From an uncultured Candidatus Saccharibacteria bacterium (GTDB lineage Bacteria; Patescibacteriota; Doudnabacteria; UBA920; O2-02-FULL-48-8), in assembly GCA_964605735.1 (NCBI GenBank), contig CAZSDS010000001.1:480126-544125 (forward strand): a DNA stretch of 64,000 nt, in the 5' to 3' direction. Below the pieces are notes generated by a model, which did no database searches, was not told the DNA's origin, and saw only the letters and a list, made by a program, of their open reading frames with translations. A program made the position numbers and the translations under genes. Shown here piece after piece: positions 8,748 to 18,556 of this stretch; position 1 is the first letter of the stretch, and the number at the start of each line of letters is the position of its first letter.

Positions 8748-10949
8748 ATGTACGTGTACGTCCCACGCTTTAATTTGTTGGGTTTGGTTAAAAGAATCAA
8801 ACCAACCAAGCATCTTCTGCTACCAGCGGCTGTGTTGCTGATGGCCTGCGCCATAATATTTGACATTTACAACCGTTCATTGCCTGATATAAGCAATGTT
8901 GCGGCCATTGGCCCTGTGTCTTCCAAAGTTTTGGATAGAAACGGGGTTTTATTGTATGAAATCCATGGCGAGACCAAGCGCACCCCGGTAGGTCTAAACG
9001 AAATATCCCCGCATCTGGTCAAAGCAACCATCGCCATAGAGGATGAAAGATTTTACGATCACCGCGGCGTATCCCTGATAGCAATTGCCCGGGCAGCGTA
9101 CGCCAACTACAAAGCCAAAGATATAACCCAGGGCGGCTCCACCATCACCCAACAGCTGGTCAAACTCACCTTGCTGACAAGCGAAAAATCATACCAGCGC
9201 AAGCTAAAAGAAGCAGTATTGGCCATAAAATTGGAGCGGGAGTACACAAAAGATGAAATCCTGGAGATGTATCTGAATCGCATCCCGTACGGACGAAACA
9301 CTTATGGGGCAGAGGCAGCCAGCCTGGCATACTTTGCCAAACACGCCAAGGATCTAACTTTGGCAGAGTCTGCTTATCTGGCTTCCCTGCCCAAAGCCCC
9401 ATCCCTGTACAGCCCAACCGGCGCCACCTCTGAGGAGTTGGAGCACCGCAAGAACCTGGTTTTGGACAAAATGGTCCAACAGGGCATGATTACCAAAGAA
9501 GAAAAAATTGCGGCCAGCCAGGAAAAGGTCGCGTTTACCCGCGGCAAAACAGAATTGGCTGCCCCGCACTTCGTACAATGGGTTGAGTCCTTGCTCATCC
9601 AGAAATATGGCCGCGACTATCTGGAGCAGGAAGGTTTGATTATCCAAACCACACTTGATTATGCCATGCAGTTGATAGCAGAAAAGGCTGTAGCAGACGG
9701 AGTGGAACGCAACCGCCGCCGGAACGCACATAATGCAGCGCTGGTGGCAATTGAACCGCAAACCGGATACATTTTTGCCATGGTTGGTTCAAAAAACTAT
9801 TTTGGCGTGCCGGAACCGGCAGGGTGCTCCCCTGGCGCAAACTGCGCCTTTGACCCAAAAACGAACATTGCTTTGTCCAACCGCCAGCCAGGCAGCAGCT
9901 TTAAACCATACACCTACGTCACTGCGTTTTCTGAACAATTTGGATTTGCACCGGGCTCACCCATCTTGGACAGATCTCAAAACTTCAGCAAGAACGCGGT
10001 TCCATACCGTCCGGTAAACTACAGCGGAAGGGAGTATGGACTGGTCTCAATGCGACAAGCACTGGCAGGAAGCTTGAATATTGCGGCGGTCCGGACGCTT
10101 TCCATGATTGGCGTGGACAGCGTGGTTAAAAACGTTAAAGCCATGGGCATCACCACTCCAATGGAAAGCTGCGGCCTGTCCCTGACTTTAGGCGCTTGCG
10201 AGGTTAAACTGCTGGAGCATGTAGCCGCCTTCTCTGTTCTGGCCAATTTGGGTGAAAAAGCTGATGTTACGCCACTGCTCAAGATCACAGACAAGCGTGG
10301 TCAGGTGCTGTACGAACACAAACCATTCAAAACCCGAGTCCTTAACGCCCAGGCCGCTTATGAAGTTGTGGATATAATGTCCGACAACCGCGCGCGCAGT
10401 TATATTTTCGGGAGCCGTTCACCTCTGGTTTTACCAGACAGAAAAGTTGCAGCAAAAACCGGCACCTCGCAGGACTTTAAGGACGGGTGGACAGTTGGCT
10501 TTACTCCGCAGATTGCCGCAGGAGTCTGGGTGGGCAACAACGACGGAAGGCTAATGCGCAACCAGTCAGACGGCGTGGTGGTCGCCGCCCCTATTTGGAA
10601 CCAATTCATGAGGGAAGTCCATAAAAACCAGCCAGCCCTGGATTTTGAGGCACCGAGCGGCATCCAGAGGGTCAGAATCAGCAAACATTCAGGGAAGCTG
10701 GCCACTGAACATACACCAGACGCAGTTATGGAAATTTTTGCAGATTATGCCGTGCCAAAACAGCGTGATCCTTACGTACCATCACCGGTGCTGGTGGTTG
10801 ATGAGCTGCCTGACATAGGTGGAAGCAATGAGCCTCTGCCCGGGGAAGCAACCCTACCTACCTGGGCAGAAGAAGCCAGGCAAATACTCAATTCCCGCAG
10901 GGACCAACAAAGCACAAGCCGCCGTCCACAAACCAGCAATGACAGCTAA
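8748..10949 (+). CDS. penicillin-binding protein 1A family (bifunctional transglycosylase/transpeptidase)
   Basis: GT51 motifs EDERFYDHRGVS and GGSTITQQLVK. Transpeptidase motifs include SSFKP-type SxxK, SxN and KTGT. Confidence 0.9.
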   Translation: MYVYVPRFNLLGLVKRIKPTKHLLLPAAVLLMACAIIFDIYNRSLPDISNVAAIGPVSSKVLDRNGVLLYEIHGETKRTPVGLNEISPHLVKATIAIEDERFYDHRGVSLIAIARAAYANYKAKDITQGGSTITQQLVKLTLLTSEKSYQRKLKEAVLAIKLEREYTKDEILEMYLNRIPYGRNTYGAEAASLAYFAKHAKDLTLAESAYLASLPKAPSLYSPTGATSEELEHRKNLVLDKMVQQGMITKEEKIAASQEKVAFTRGKTELAAPHFVQWVESLLIQKYGRDYLEQEGLIIQTTLDYAMQLIAEKAVADGVERNRRRNAHNAALVAIEPQTGYIFAMVGSKNYFGVPEPAGCSPGANCAFDPKTNIALSNRQPGSSFKPYTYVTAFSEQFGFAPGSPILDRSQNFSKNAVPYRPVNYSGREYGLVSMRQALAGSLNIAAVRTLSMIGVDSVVKNVKAMGITTPMESCGLSLTLGACEVKLLEHVAAFSVLANLGEKADVTPLLKITDKRGQVLYEHKPFKTRVLNAQAAYEVVDIMSDNRARSYIFGSRSPLVLPDRKVAAKTGTSQDFKDGWTVGFTPQIAAGVWVGNNDGRLMRNQSDGVVVAAPIWNQFMREVHKNQPALDFEAPSGIQRVRISKHSGKLATEHTPDAVMEIFADYAVPKQRDPYVPSPVLVVDELPDIGGSNEPLPGEATLPTWAEEARQILNSRRDQQSTSRRPQTSNDS

Positions 10950-10976
10950 AAACCCGATCCAGTGATCGGGTTTTTA
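10948..10976. terminator. bidirectional terminator shared by PBP1A (+) and msrB (-)
   Basis: Hairpin aacccgatc-cagt-gatcgggtt followed by TTTTTATTT. The msrB stop codon lies within the T-run. Confidence 0.5.
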
Positions 10977-11372
10977 TTTCTTCTCAAGCAATAAACAGGC
11001 AGAGTTTATACAATATCGCTTACCGCCCTTATCAGGCGGGCCATCGTCAAACAAGTGACCTAAATGAGAACCGCAGTTTTTGCATACCACTTCAGTGCGG
11101 ACCATCCCATGGCTGTTATCTTCATGCAATTCTATGTTTTTTAAATTTACCGGATCCGTAAATGACGGCCAGCCTGTTCCGGAATCAAATTTGGTTTCTG
11201 AAGAAAACAATTCCTGTCCGCACGCCGCGCATTTATACATCCCTTGTTCGTGTGAATCGTAATACTTGCCCGTGAAAGGAGCCTCAGTCCCCTTTTCCCT
11301 TAAAATTTTATACTGCTCAGGAGTCAGCTGTTCCTTCCACTCCTGTTCAGTTTTGGGTTTCTGCATTGTCAT
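10974..11372 (-). CDS. msrB: peptide-methionine (R)-S-oxide reductase
   Basis: CAACGQELF...GWPSF...[16 protein letters not shown] is the SelR/MsrB zinc and catalytic signature. Confidence 0.9.
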   Translation of the reverse strand: MTMQKPKTEQEWKEQLTPEQYKILREKGTEAPFTGKYYDSHEQGMYKCAACGQELFSSETKFDSGTGWPSFTDPVNLKNIELHEDNSHGMVRTEVVCKNCGSHLGHLFDDGPPDKGGKRYCINSACLLLEKK

Positions 11373-11464
11373 AACCGCCTTTCTTTAAGTACACCCAGTT
11401 TAAGACTTTTCCAATAAAAAGAAAAGGCCGGTTTCCCGGCCAGCGAACATGAACGTACCATCAA

Positions 11465-11668
11465 CTACTCAATTTCCTGATTGATGCGCGAATCATGCTC
11501 ATCAATACAGTACTCTGGAACAAGCGGATCCCAGTTATTAGGATCACTGTTTCTTGGGAACCGTCTCCGGTCCCTGGCGGCAACAAGCTTAATGCCGTTG
11601 TTTTCAAGCACCTGTACCATGCACGTCTGCACGTGAACGGCTTCCCCCTTGATGTTGTTTTGATTCAT
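11465..11668 (-). CDS. hypothetical small protein (67 aa)
   Basis: ORF only. No domain recognised. Confidence 0.3.
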   Translation of the reverse strand: MNQNNIKGEAVHVQTCMVQVLENNGIKLVAARDRRRFPRNSDPNNWDPLVPEYCIDEHDSRINQEIE

Positions 11669-11823
11669 TCACACCTCACTGGATAATTCCGCGATTAGGC
11701 AAACTCATATTACCAACCCGCATCCGGATTTCCTATGGACACTAAACGCAGGCTTAAGCAATTTTATTTGGTCATTTCAGACAACAAAAAACCCGCCCTT
11801 GTGGGCGAGTTTTCAAGGTTTAT

Positions 11824-12450
11824 TTAACGCCTTTTTGCAAGAAACACGGCCACAACAGACACAGCAACAGCAATCATGCTTAAGAACAAAGAATCGTCGT
11901 ATTTTTTGGATTGTTCAGTTTGCTGAACTGTGGGAGCAGGATCGCTCAAGTCATCTATGACTTTAGTCTGGCTGGCTGGACCGAATTGGGAAAAATCAGA
12001 TGAGCCGTCGGTATTCTTGGGTTGCTCCTGGTTTGGCGCCAGCTCCCAGGCAACTACAGTCCCATCGCGGTAGGTCTGGTAAGCTTTCCACAACAAAGTT
12101 GACTCCTGGCCCGGTACTTTGGCGCTGAAAGTGAAATCGTCCCGGAAATTGGCTGGGATACTTCCGCCAGTCCAAATAACTTCCTTCACGACGTTTCCGT
12201 GGTCACCTTCCCCTTCCTGCACAAGTCTGATGTTCCATCCTGGTTTTACCGTTGGGGATACGTGCTCCAATCCTTCCGGTACCACAAGTCTTATGCCAGT
12301 GGTTGGCATATCCTTTTCGCTAGGAACGGAAATAGAAAATGTTTGGAACGAACCAACTCCAGCTTCGCTCGGTTTTACTGTAACATGGGCAGAAGCTGAT
12401 CCGGCTATAAACAAGGCCAAGACCGGCAAAATTGCTATGATTTTTTTCAT
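11824..12450 (-). CDS. YcnI-like (DUF1775) putative copper-binding surface protein with C-terminal TM anchor
   Basis: Signal peptide, then mature N-terminal His (SASAHVTVKP...), which is the YcnI/DUF1775 hallmark. C-terminal hydrophobic anchor and KRR. A terminator hairpin with an A-run lies at ~11786-11815. Confidence 0.6.
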   Translation of the reverse strand: MKKIIAILPVLALFIAGSASAHVTVKPSEAGVGSFQTFSISVPSEKDMPTTGIRLVVPEGLEHVSPTVKPGWNIRLVQEGEGDHGNVVKEVIWTGGSIPANFRDDFTFSAKVPGQESTLLWKAYQTYRDGTVVAWELAPNQEQPKNTDGSSDFSQFGPASQTKVIDDLSDPAPTVQQTEQSKKYDDSLFLSMIAVAVSVVAVFLAKRR

Positions 12451-13004
12451 TTGTTTCTCTTTCTTAATTTGCTGAATAGCTCATATACAATTATACCAGA
12501 AATAATTACAGCGCCACCAATAATGTAGTAATTCCGCAAAGAATTGTCTGCTTCATCAGCTGCCTGCTGGACGGGAGCTGTTGCGGACTCGCGGTCCACA
12601 CGGACATCATAATCAAGCCTGAAATCTGGATAGTAATCAGCCTTTGAACTGCCCTGCAGGGTAACCACATACAGACCGCGGCGCGGGAAGGTATAATCCA
12701 CGCGCGAAACATTAACCCCCCAATCCGGGGCTTCGTCTTCCGGCGTCAGTAATCTATCCACCAGAACCTCACCACCAAGTTTTATGGTCACCTGGCACTC
12801 GCAGTCAGGAAAAGTGAATTTTTCCGCCTTGTCAGTGACTGAAAAATATAACTGAGCTGGTTCACGGGCAATTGGATCGTCTTCCGGATCCCTATGGAGC
12901 AAAATCTCCAGCGTGCCAGTTGTTTTAATTTCATGCGCACTGCCTGCGTAAGGCAAAAACGCGAGCACTGCAAGCAAAACGGAAAGAAAAATTTTCTTCA
13001 TCAT
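12447..13004 (-). CDS. secreted protein with predicted N-terminal His after signal peptide and a C-terminal TM anchor (CopC-like / His-brace candidate)
   Basis: Signal peptide ...AGSAHEIKTTG gives a mature N-terminal His. C-terminal TM plus KLRKRNK. Overlaps the YcnI-like gene by 4 nt (operon). Confidence 0.5.
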   Translation of the reverse strand: MMKKIFLSVLLAVLAFLPYAGSAHEIKTTGTLEILLHRDPEDDPIAREPAQLYFSVTDKAEKFTFPDCECQVTIKLGGEVLVDRLLTPEDEAPDWGVNVSRVDYTFPRRGLYVVTLQGSSKADYYPDFRLDYDVRVDRESATAPVQQAADEADNSLRNYYIIGGAVIISGIIVYELFSKLRKRNK

Positions 13005-13017
13005 TTATTTCCTAAGA

Positions 13018-13632
13018 TTATTCTTCCAAAAATGCCACGACTATGAATCTTTTAAAAGCCGTACCAATCGGATAAGAAGTTTGCAAAGTTAATTGTTTTT
13101 TTGAAAAGTCCTGGTTGAGCACACCCAGGTCTGAGGGGCTGATTACTTTGGTTTCTGCGGCAGCGTACTTATATATTTTGCCCTGCGGATCGCTTATTTC
13201 AATTATATCACCTTGCTTTATTTTCGGAAGAAGGGCAAAAACCGTTTTGTAGTTTCCTGGTGCAGTTGGAAAATCTGACGAGTGTCCAAATATATAAACA
13301 TTACCCGGTTCTCCGGGATGAGCCGTGTTCGGATAATGCACCACCCCGTTCTGCAGTGCCTTCTGGAAACTGTCTTCGTCTTCGTCATCCGTGTAGACCA
13401 CCGGAGCTGTAATTCCAAGCGACGGTATGCTGATCCGGTCAGGCTCGCCGCTTGGCTCAAGCTCTTCAGTTTCCGTTGAGGACGGCTGGACTTGCGGCGG
13501 ATCCAGATAATATTTGACTTGGACGTACAGGTACTGCCAATTGAGAACAGAATAAACCAAAACAATCGCAGCAATCAGCTTAAGTCCAATTTTCACATGT
13601 TTCATAAAATCATAATAACCCGGACCAAACAA
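13018..13632 (-). CDS. sortase-family transpeptidase homologue with the TLxTC cysteine replaced by Ser (TLQTS)
   Basis: N-terminal TM anchor. IFGHSSDF (catalytic His region), LTLQTSYP where sortases have TLxTC, and a downstream FKRF Arg. The Ser codon was checked on the reverse complement (tct). Confidence 0.8.
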   Translation of the reverse strand: MFGPGYYDFMKHVKIGLKLIAAIVLVYSVLNWQYLYVQVKYYLDPPQVQPSSTETEELEPSGEPDRISIPSLGITAPVVYTDDEDEDSFQKALQNGVVHYPNTAHPGEPGNVYIFGHSSDFPTAPGNYKTVFALLPKIKQGDIIEISDPQGKIYKYAAAETKVISPSDLGVLNQDFSKKQLTLQTSYPIGTAFKRFIVVAFLEE

Positions 13633-13670
13633 AAATACCAGCTAATTGCTGGTATTTTCGTGTTTGCAAG

Positions 13671-16600
13671 TTATGCTTTCTTTTTTCTTCCGAATAGCGG
13701 AATGAGGCCAGCCGCCGGAATGACCAGCATCCATGATAAGGCAAAACCCGTTCTAGGAAGAGTTTTACCCTCAGGCTCTGCTTCCGTGCTTTCCCCGAGA
13801 ACTAATCCCTGTTGGTTATTGCCACCATCTGTGGATGGAGGAGGTGGAGGAGTTGGTCCCCCGCCGCCACCGCCAAAAGTGGTGATACAGTTTGCGGTAC
13901 AGCCGCCTTGTGAAGTATTCCTGACACCGAAATCTCTCTCAACATGATCATCACTGTCAACAATAACATCATGCTTAGCCTCTGGTGTTGGGAAAATTAT
14001 TTCCCAATCTTGGCTTTGCAACACCAACCTCACTGTATAAGAACCATCAGCAAGACTGACGAAGCTATATGGCGAGGCAGTAACATCGCTTGGCTCATCC
14101 TCGTCATGCACGCCGTCATTGTCCAAATCAAGGTACACCAGCCAGTCAGACAAAGAATTTTCAGGAGTCATTTCATCCTCTTCCAAAGTTCCGTTGTTGT
14201 TTGCATCATTGTAGACTGAGCCGCTGATGGAACCTGGGGTATCCAGCGGTCCACAATCCTCGCCTTCACAACCGCCGCCATCATCCCCGTCCCCGCAGTT
14301 TTCGCCGCGGCATGGTTCAGAGCTGGTTGAATGGTTACCAAAGTCATAGCCGAAGAATTCATCACCAGCCAGCAGATTAATTGAATGGTAATCATTTGGC
14401 TGAGGATAGGTCTGCTCCCATCCGTCCTGTGGAACCTCAAAAATCAAAACATTTCCAACTGATCCATCCAAAGTCAGAGTGTAATCGCCACTGAGGTCCG
14501 TAACGTCATAAGCGAGGACTTTATAAATCTTGACCTGAAGACTGCCGCTGTTGTCGCCGTACCAGCCTGGGTTGATTGTGTTCGTGTCAGGATTGCCGTC
14601 AAAGACTTTGAAATTCAATGAGCCGCCGCCTGTGGAATGCAGTCTGTAATAGTCATGGTCAGCGACGAACGAACCCCAGTCAACGAAATTGTTGTCCATT
14701 TGCAGGTCAAGCAAATTCCAGTAGTCGTTCAAACCAAATACGGTCCAGGCAGGATCGCCGTCCATGCCTGCGGTTGCAAAACCGTCATAACTGTTGTATT
14801 CAGCGTCCACTGTGTCTTGTCCGTTGCGGTTAAGCCATGTCCCTGAAACGTGGATAAAGTACTGACCAGCGGCCAGAGCCGGAGAATCTACTCCGTCCTG
14901 ATCCTGCGAATCAACCGCAAAGTCTGCAACCGGTGTTGGATCAACAGCAATAATGGTCCAACCTGGGAGCCCACCCTCATCAGAAGTGCCGTCTGGCAAT
15001 TCTCCGTCTTTGTCTTTGTCATTCCACTTCATTCCGGAAACTGTTTTTTCACAGGTTAGGTAGTGAGCCTGCACTGCGTCAATGTCAAAGCCATCAGCAT
15101 CAGCTGCGTTATTAAGGCCAAAGTTGGTGCTGTCAGTAAGCATGACGTATTTAAACCAAGTCAGGCCACTGCCTGAAATATCAATGCCAGTTGTGCCAGA
15201 AGGTTTGCTTGAAGCAACCCCTACCTGGACCCAACCCACTCCATCCTGGCTGATTTTTACCTGCGCCTGCTCTTCAGGATAGGAAGCTCGACCATTTGTA
15301 ATTTCATATATGGTCAGGTCTGCGCCGGCCCCATCAACAACCATTCCCCCAAAACCCAAAGTGATGCTTCCGCCTTTACCCAAGCTGTAAAACATGCCTT
15401 CAGCCGGACCATTTGGCGCGCCGAGCACATCTGAACTGTCAGAGCGTGATGCCAAAACAGGCGTGTTATTTTTGCGCAAACCTTGATTCTCTCCCAGAAC
15501 GTCAGTTGCCCAAGTTGAGGTGATTACGCAAGGTTCAATGAGTTCAATTTCTTTATTGACTACGTTGAAGGTTTCCGTAGGCTCATCCACTTCAACCGGA
15601 CCAGTGCCGCTAACCAATTCCCAGCCTTCTTCCATCAGTTCGCTGAGGTCATATTCTCCCAATGGCACTTTCTGGAAAGTTACACAACCATTCTCACCAG
15701 TTATACCCATGTAACCTTCATAAATATCAACGGTCAAAAAATCGCTGTTATCTGCGTACTGGTCATCCAGGATGCGGAATTTCATCTCAGAACCTGGGTG
15801 GGACACTGAAGTGTGATAAATATGGCTCGGATTGAACTCTGAACCCCAGTCTGTGAATGATTCATTAATCTGGATCCCCAGCCAACCTGTGTGCGGATTA
15901 GAAAAATCGTTGACTCTTACCCATGGAGCATATGGCCCGCCATAAACAGTATCCGATTCCAATCGCTTGGAGTAGGCCGCGTCAGAAACGCTGGCATCAG
16001 GATCGCTTGGCCTATAAGTGTATTCACCGCTGGCCCTGACCACATAATTACCGGCTGGCAAAGAACCTGATAAATAATTTGTTCCGTTCGGATATACCTG
16101 CACTGTGCCAACGTGATCACCCAACAGGAACATGGTCCAGCCTGGCAATGCGGTATTTTCAGAAACTTCCGTATCGTACTTGCAGATTGTAACTGTTGAA
16201 CTGCAATACTCATTCTGCAAAACTACATTGTCCAAAAAACTTCCAAATGAATCAGCTGTCCCCGCTTCACGGAACTCCAGTTTGCTGATGCCGTCAATTC
16301 CTACAACTGTCACGGTTTCGTCTGACCAATCAACGCCTGCCTGCCCCTCCCTTGTCACGGAATGAACTTCCACGCCGTTCCAGAACACTTTCAGGATGCT
16401 GGTAGCGCCTGCGTTCCCCGGTCTAGGAGAGTATGCAAATGCCAGTTTGTAATCAACACCTTCTTGTGTAGGAATGTTTTGATAAAGCGAAATATTTGCT
16501 GGTTCGCCTGAGGTGCTAGAAGCTGGCCCGAACCAGTCAGCATCCATTTCAGCATGCTGCACGCCATCTGCTGAGGTCCAACCATTTACTCCCTTGTGCA

Positions 16601-17525
16601 ATTCCAGATTGGCGATTGCAGGTTTGGTGTCGCTGTTAAAGCTGGGGCCTACGTCAGCAGTCCATTTTATCACCCATCCCATGCCGGGCGTACCGCTTAG
16701 GTAAACATCCCAGTTCTGAGATGAGGTAACGACTGGAAATTCAAAACTGCCGTTAACAACCATATTCTGTCCGCAAGGAACGACTTCGTTTGTCGGCTCT
16801 TCAGGTTCTTCAGGCTCTTCCTCAACCAAGGTGTTTGTAAACGTACAGGTGACCACCTCATTGGCGTTCAATTCAATGATTGCTGATCTATCGGCTAGAT
16901 TTACCTCAGAGTTGCTGTCATCACATACAATCGAACTCAGTACTGAATTTTGCGAAGCATCCTCAGTGACATGATACGGTACACTATTTTTTTGAGAATT
17001 AGCCGGGACATTTTCAAATACAATCTGATTGCTAAATGTGTCATCTACACCGCCGTCATCATCAAGAATAAAGGAACTTGGAATAAGTTTTGGGGCAGTG
17101 AAATTAAAATCCTGGCCATTGTCAGGCACCGTATCTTTTACGATTATGATTGTTCCGTATTCGTCTTCACAATCTTTTTTATTATTTGCCTCGTCGTAGC
17201 AAGGATAGCCTTCGTTCTCTTCCTGCGCATTATCTTCTCCTTTTTTATCCTCACACTTGCCGTTATCCGAATGGTTTTCGCATTGCGGACCGTTGTCTTT
17301 CCCGTTGTTGCCATCATTCCCTTGGTTTCCATTGTCTGGGATATCAAACCTGTTGGCATTCATTTCTTCGGCGTAAACCGTATTTGGGAAAACCGGGACC
17401 AGCAACTGAACCACCAGAGCCAAAACCGCAAAACCCGCCAAAATCGACTTGATTTGGCTGGTTTGGGTCCCATGGCTCCTGCGGTATTTAGAAATTGAGT
17501 ATTTCATATACTTTCTTAAGACCAT
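13671..17525 (-). CDS. giant cell-surface protein (1284 aa) with LPRTG sorting signal; Ig-like/SdrD-B-like and internally repeated domains; putative adhesin
   Basis: N-terminal signal peptide. C-terminus ...LPRTGFALSWMLVIPAAGLIPLFGRKKKA is LPXTG, a hydrophobic segment and a basic tail. Contains a Cys/Gly/Asp-rich linker, an SdrD-B-like segment (KWNDKDKDGELPDG) and two homologous ~200-aa repeats. Confidence 0.9.
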   Translation of the reverse strand: MVLRKYMKYSISKYRRSHGTQTSQIKSILAGFAVLALVVQLLVPVFPNTVYAEEMNANRFDIPDNGNQGNDGNNGKDNGPQCENHSDNGKCEDKKGEDNAQEENEGYPCYDEANNKKDCEDEYGTIIIVKDTVPDNGQDFNFTAPKLIPSSFILDDDGGVDDTFSNQIVFENVPANSQKNSVPYHVTEDASQNSVLSSIVCDDSNSEVNLADRSAIIELNANEVVTCTFTNTLVEEEPEEPEEPTNEVVPCGQNMVVNGSFEFPVVTSSQNWDVYLSGTPGMGWVIKWTADVGPSFNSDTKPAIANLELHKGVNGWTSADGVQHAEMDADWFGPASSTSGEPANISLYQNIPTQEGVDYKLAFAYSPRPGNAGATSILKVFWNGVEVHSVTREGQAGVDWSDETVTVVGIDGISKLEFREAGTADSFGSFLDNVVLQNEYCSSTVTICKYDTEVSENTALPGWTMFLLGDHVGTVQVYPNGTNYLSGSLPAGNYVVRASGEYTYRPSDPDASVSDAAYSKRLESDTVYGGPYAPWVRVNDFSNPHTGWLGIQINESFTDWGSEFNPSHIYHTSVSHPGSEMKFRILDDQYADNSDFLTVDIYEGYMGITGENGCVTFQKVPLGEYDLSELMEEGWELVSGTGPVEVDEPTETFNVVNKEIELIEPCVITSTWATDVLGENQGLRKNNTPVLASRSDSSDVLGAPNGPAEGMFYSLGKGGSITLGFGGMVVDGAGADLTIYEITNGRASYPEEQAQVKISQDGVGWVQVGVASSKPSGTTGIDISGSGLTWFKYVMLTDSTNFGLNNAADADGFDIDAVQAHYLTCEKTVSGMKWNDKDKDGELPDGTSDEGGLPGWTIIAVDPTPVADFAVDSQDQDGVDSPALAAGQYFIHVSGTWLNRNGQDTVDAEYNSYDGFATAGMDGDPAWTVFGLNDYWNLLDLQMDNNFVDWGSFVADHDYYRLHSTGGGSLNFKVFDGNPDTNTINPGWYGDNSGSLQVKIYKVLAYDVTDLSGDYTLTLDGSVGNVLIFEVPQDGWEQTYPQPNDYHSINLLAGDEFFGYDFGNHSTSSEPCRGENCGDGDDGGGCEGEDCGPLDTPGSISGSVYNDANNNGTLEEDEMTPENSLSDWLVYLDLDNDGVHDEDEPSDVTASPYSFVSLADGSYTVRLVLQSQDWEIIFPTPEAKHDVIVDSDDHVERDFGVRNTSQGGCTANCITTFGGGGGGPTPPPPPSTDGGNNQQGLVLGESTEAEPEGKTLPRTGFALSWMLVIPAAGLIPLFGRKKKA

Positions 17526-17747
17526 AATTGTTAAAAAAGCCCAGGTTTTTCGAATAAAAAAAGCCCTTCCAGGCTCCTGTTCCCTTTATTTCAAAATAAG
17601 TATAACGGGAGCAATAAACGCAGTCAACGTTTGTACCTTAAGTGGTTAATGACACCATAAACTGACTAAAAATCCAAATTATTACGCCTTGCTCCCTCAT
17701 ATGTTTCACCTATTCCTATTTTAACGGCCTGCCGATATATTTTCTCC

Positions 17748-18551
17748 ATGACGGAATTCACATCAATTGCCACAACCCACCTGAAAGGGTTTTCCAAAGC
17801 TTTCGTATCTCTCATTAAAAGAAACGACTACGATATAATTGTTGGCCCTGCAAACTCAGGGTCAGCGATGATTGTGTTTGCGGAGATTACAGCCCAGGCC
17901 GCGAGCCTGAATTTTCCACCAACCTTGATCCTCCCCATTTTCACCAACAACGCACCTCGTCCAAACTTCAACAATGACTTCTTGATTCCCAAAATCCAGA
18001 CAAATCCCTCTCTGGAGGAGACATACCGGCGAATTTTGTTCATTGACGACGAAATCAGCGTAGGTGAATCCTTTTATTCCTGCATGAATTTGCTCAAAAA
18101 ATCGGGGAAACTTGCAGAGGACGCGGAATGCACAATTCTCGCGGAAGGAAACGGGCAAACCTGGGAATACCCTTTCACAGGCATTTCCACAGACTTTCTT
18201 CCTTATGCCATCAAACCGAACGCCAGCTGGCACGGTTTGATCTTTAACCTGATGCCAGACCACATCCTTGAGGAATTCCAAGATAAGGTTGATTATCGAC
18301 TCACACCGAAAGAAACAGCTTGTTTGCTTTTCTCCCTTCCATTGAAAGACATGCTCAATGGCTCGCCTTTTCTTAATTACGAAACGCTTGAACGAAGTGA
18401 AAAAAGGCTGCCTAAACTGATGGAACTGCAAGGACAGTGGCTGGAATTATGCGCCCTTGTGATAACCCGGGCTGTCCACGAACAACGCACCAAAGAACAA
18501 GCGTCCCCTCCTGAAATAATCAGTTTGAATAAGTTGTTGTTCGAATTCTGA
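17748..18551 (+). CDS. phosphoribosyltransferase-domain protein (type I PRTase fold)
   Basis: RRILFIDDEISVGESF matches the PRPP-binding motif of type I PRTases. Confidence 0.55.
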   Translation: MTEFTSIATTHLKGFSKAFVSLIKRNDYDIIVGPANSGSAMIVFAEITAQAASLNFPPTLILPIFTNNAPRPNFNNDFLIPKIQTNPSLEETYRRILFIDDEISVGESFYSCMNLLKKSGKLAEDAECTILAEGNGQTWEYPFTGISTDFLPYAIKPNASWHGLIFNLMPDHILEEFQDKVDYRLTPKETACLLFSLPLKDMLNGSPFLNYETLERSEKRLPKLMELQGQWLELCALVITRAVHEQRTKEQASPPEIISLNKLLFEF

Positions 18552-18556
18552 TCGTT

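Noticed and set aside
13944-17498. Multiple plus-strand ORFs (for example 16950..17498, 182 aa) antisense within the giant adhesin gene
   Set aside because: They lie wholly inside a well-supported 1284-aa coding region on the other strand, are low-complexity and have no start signals.
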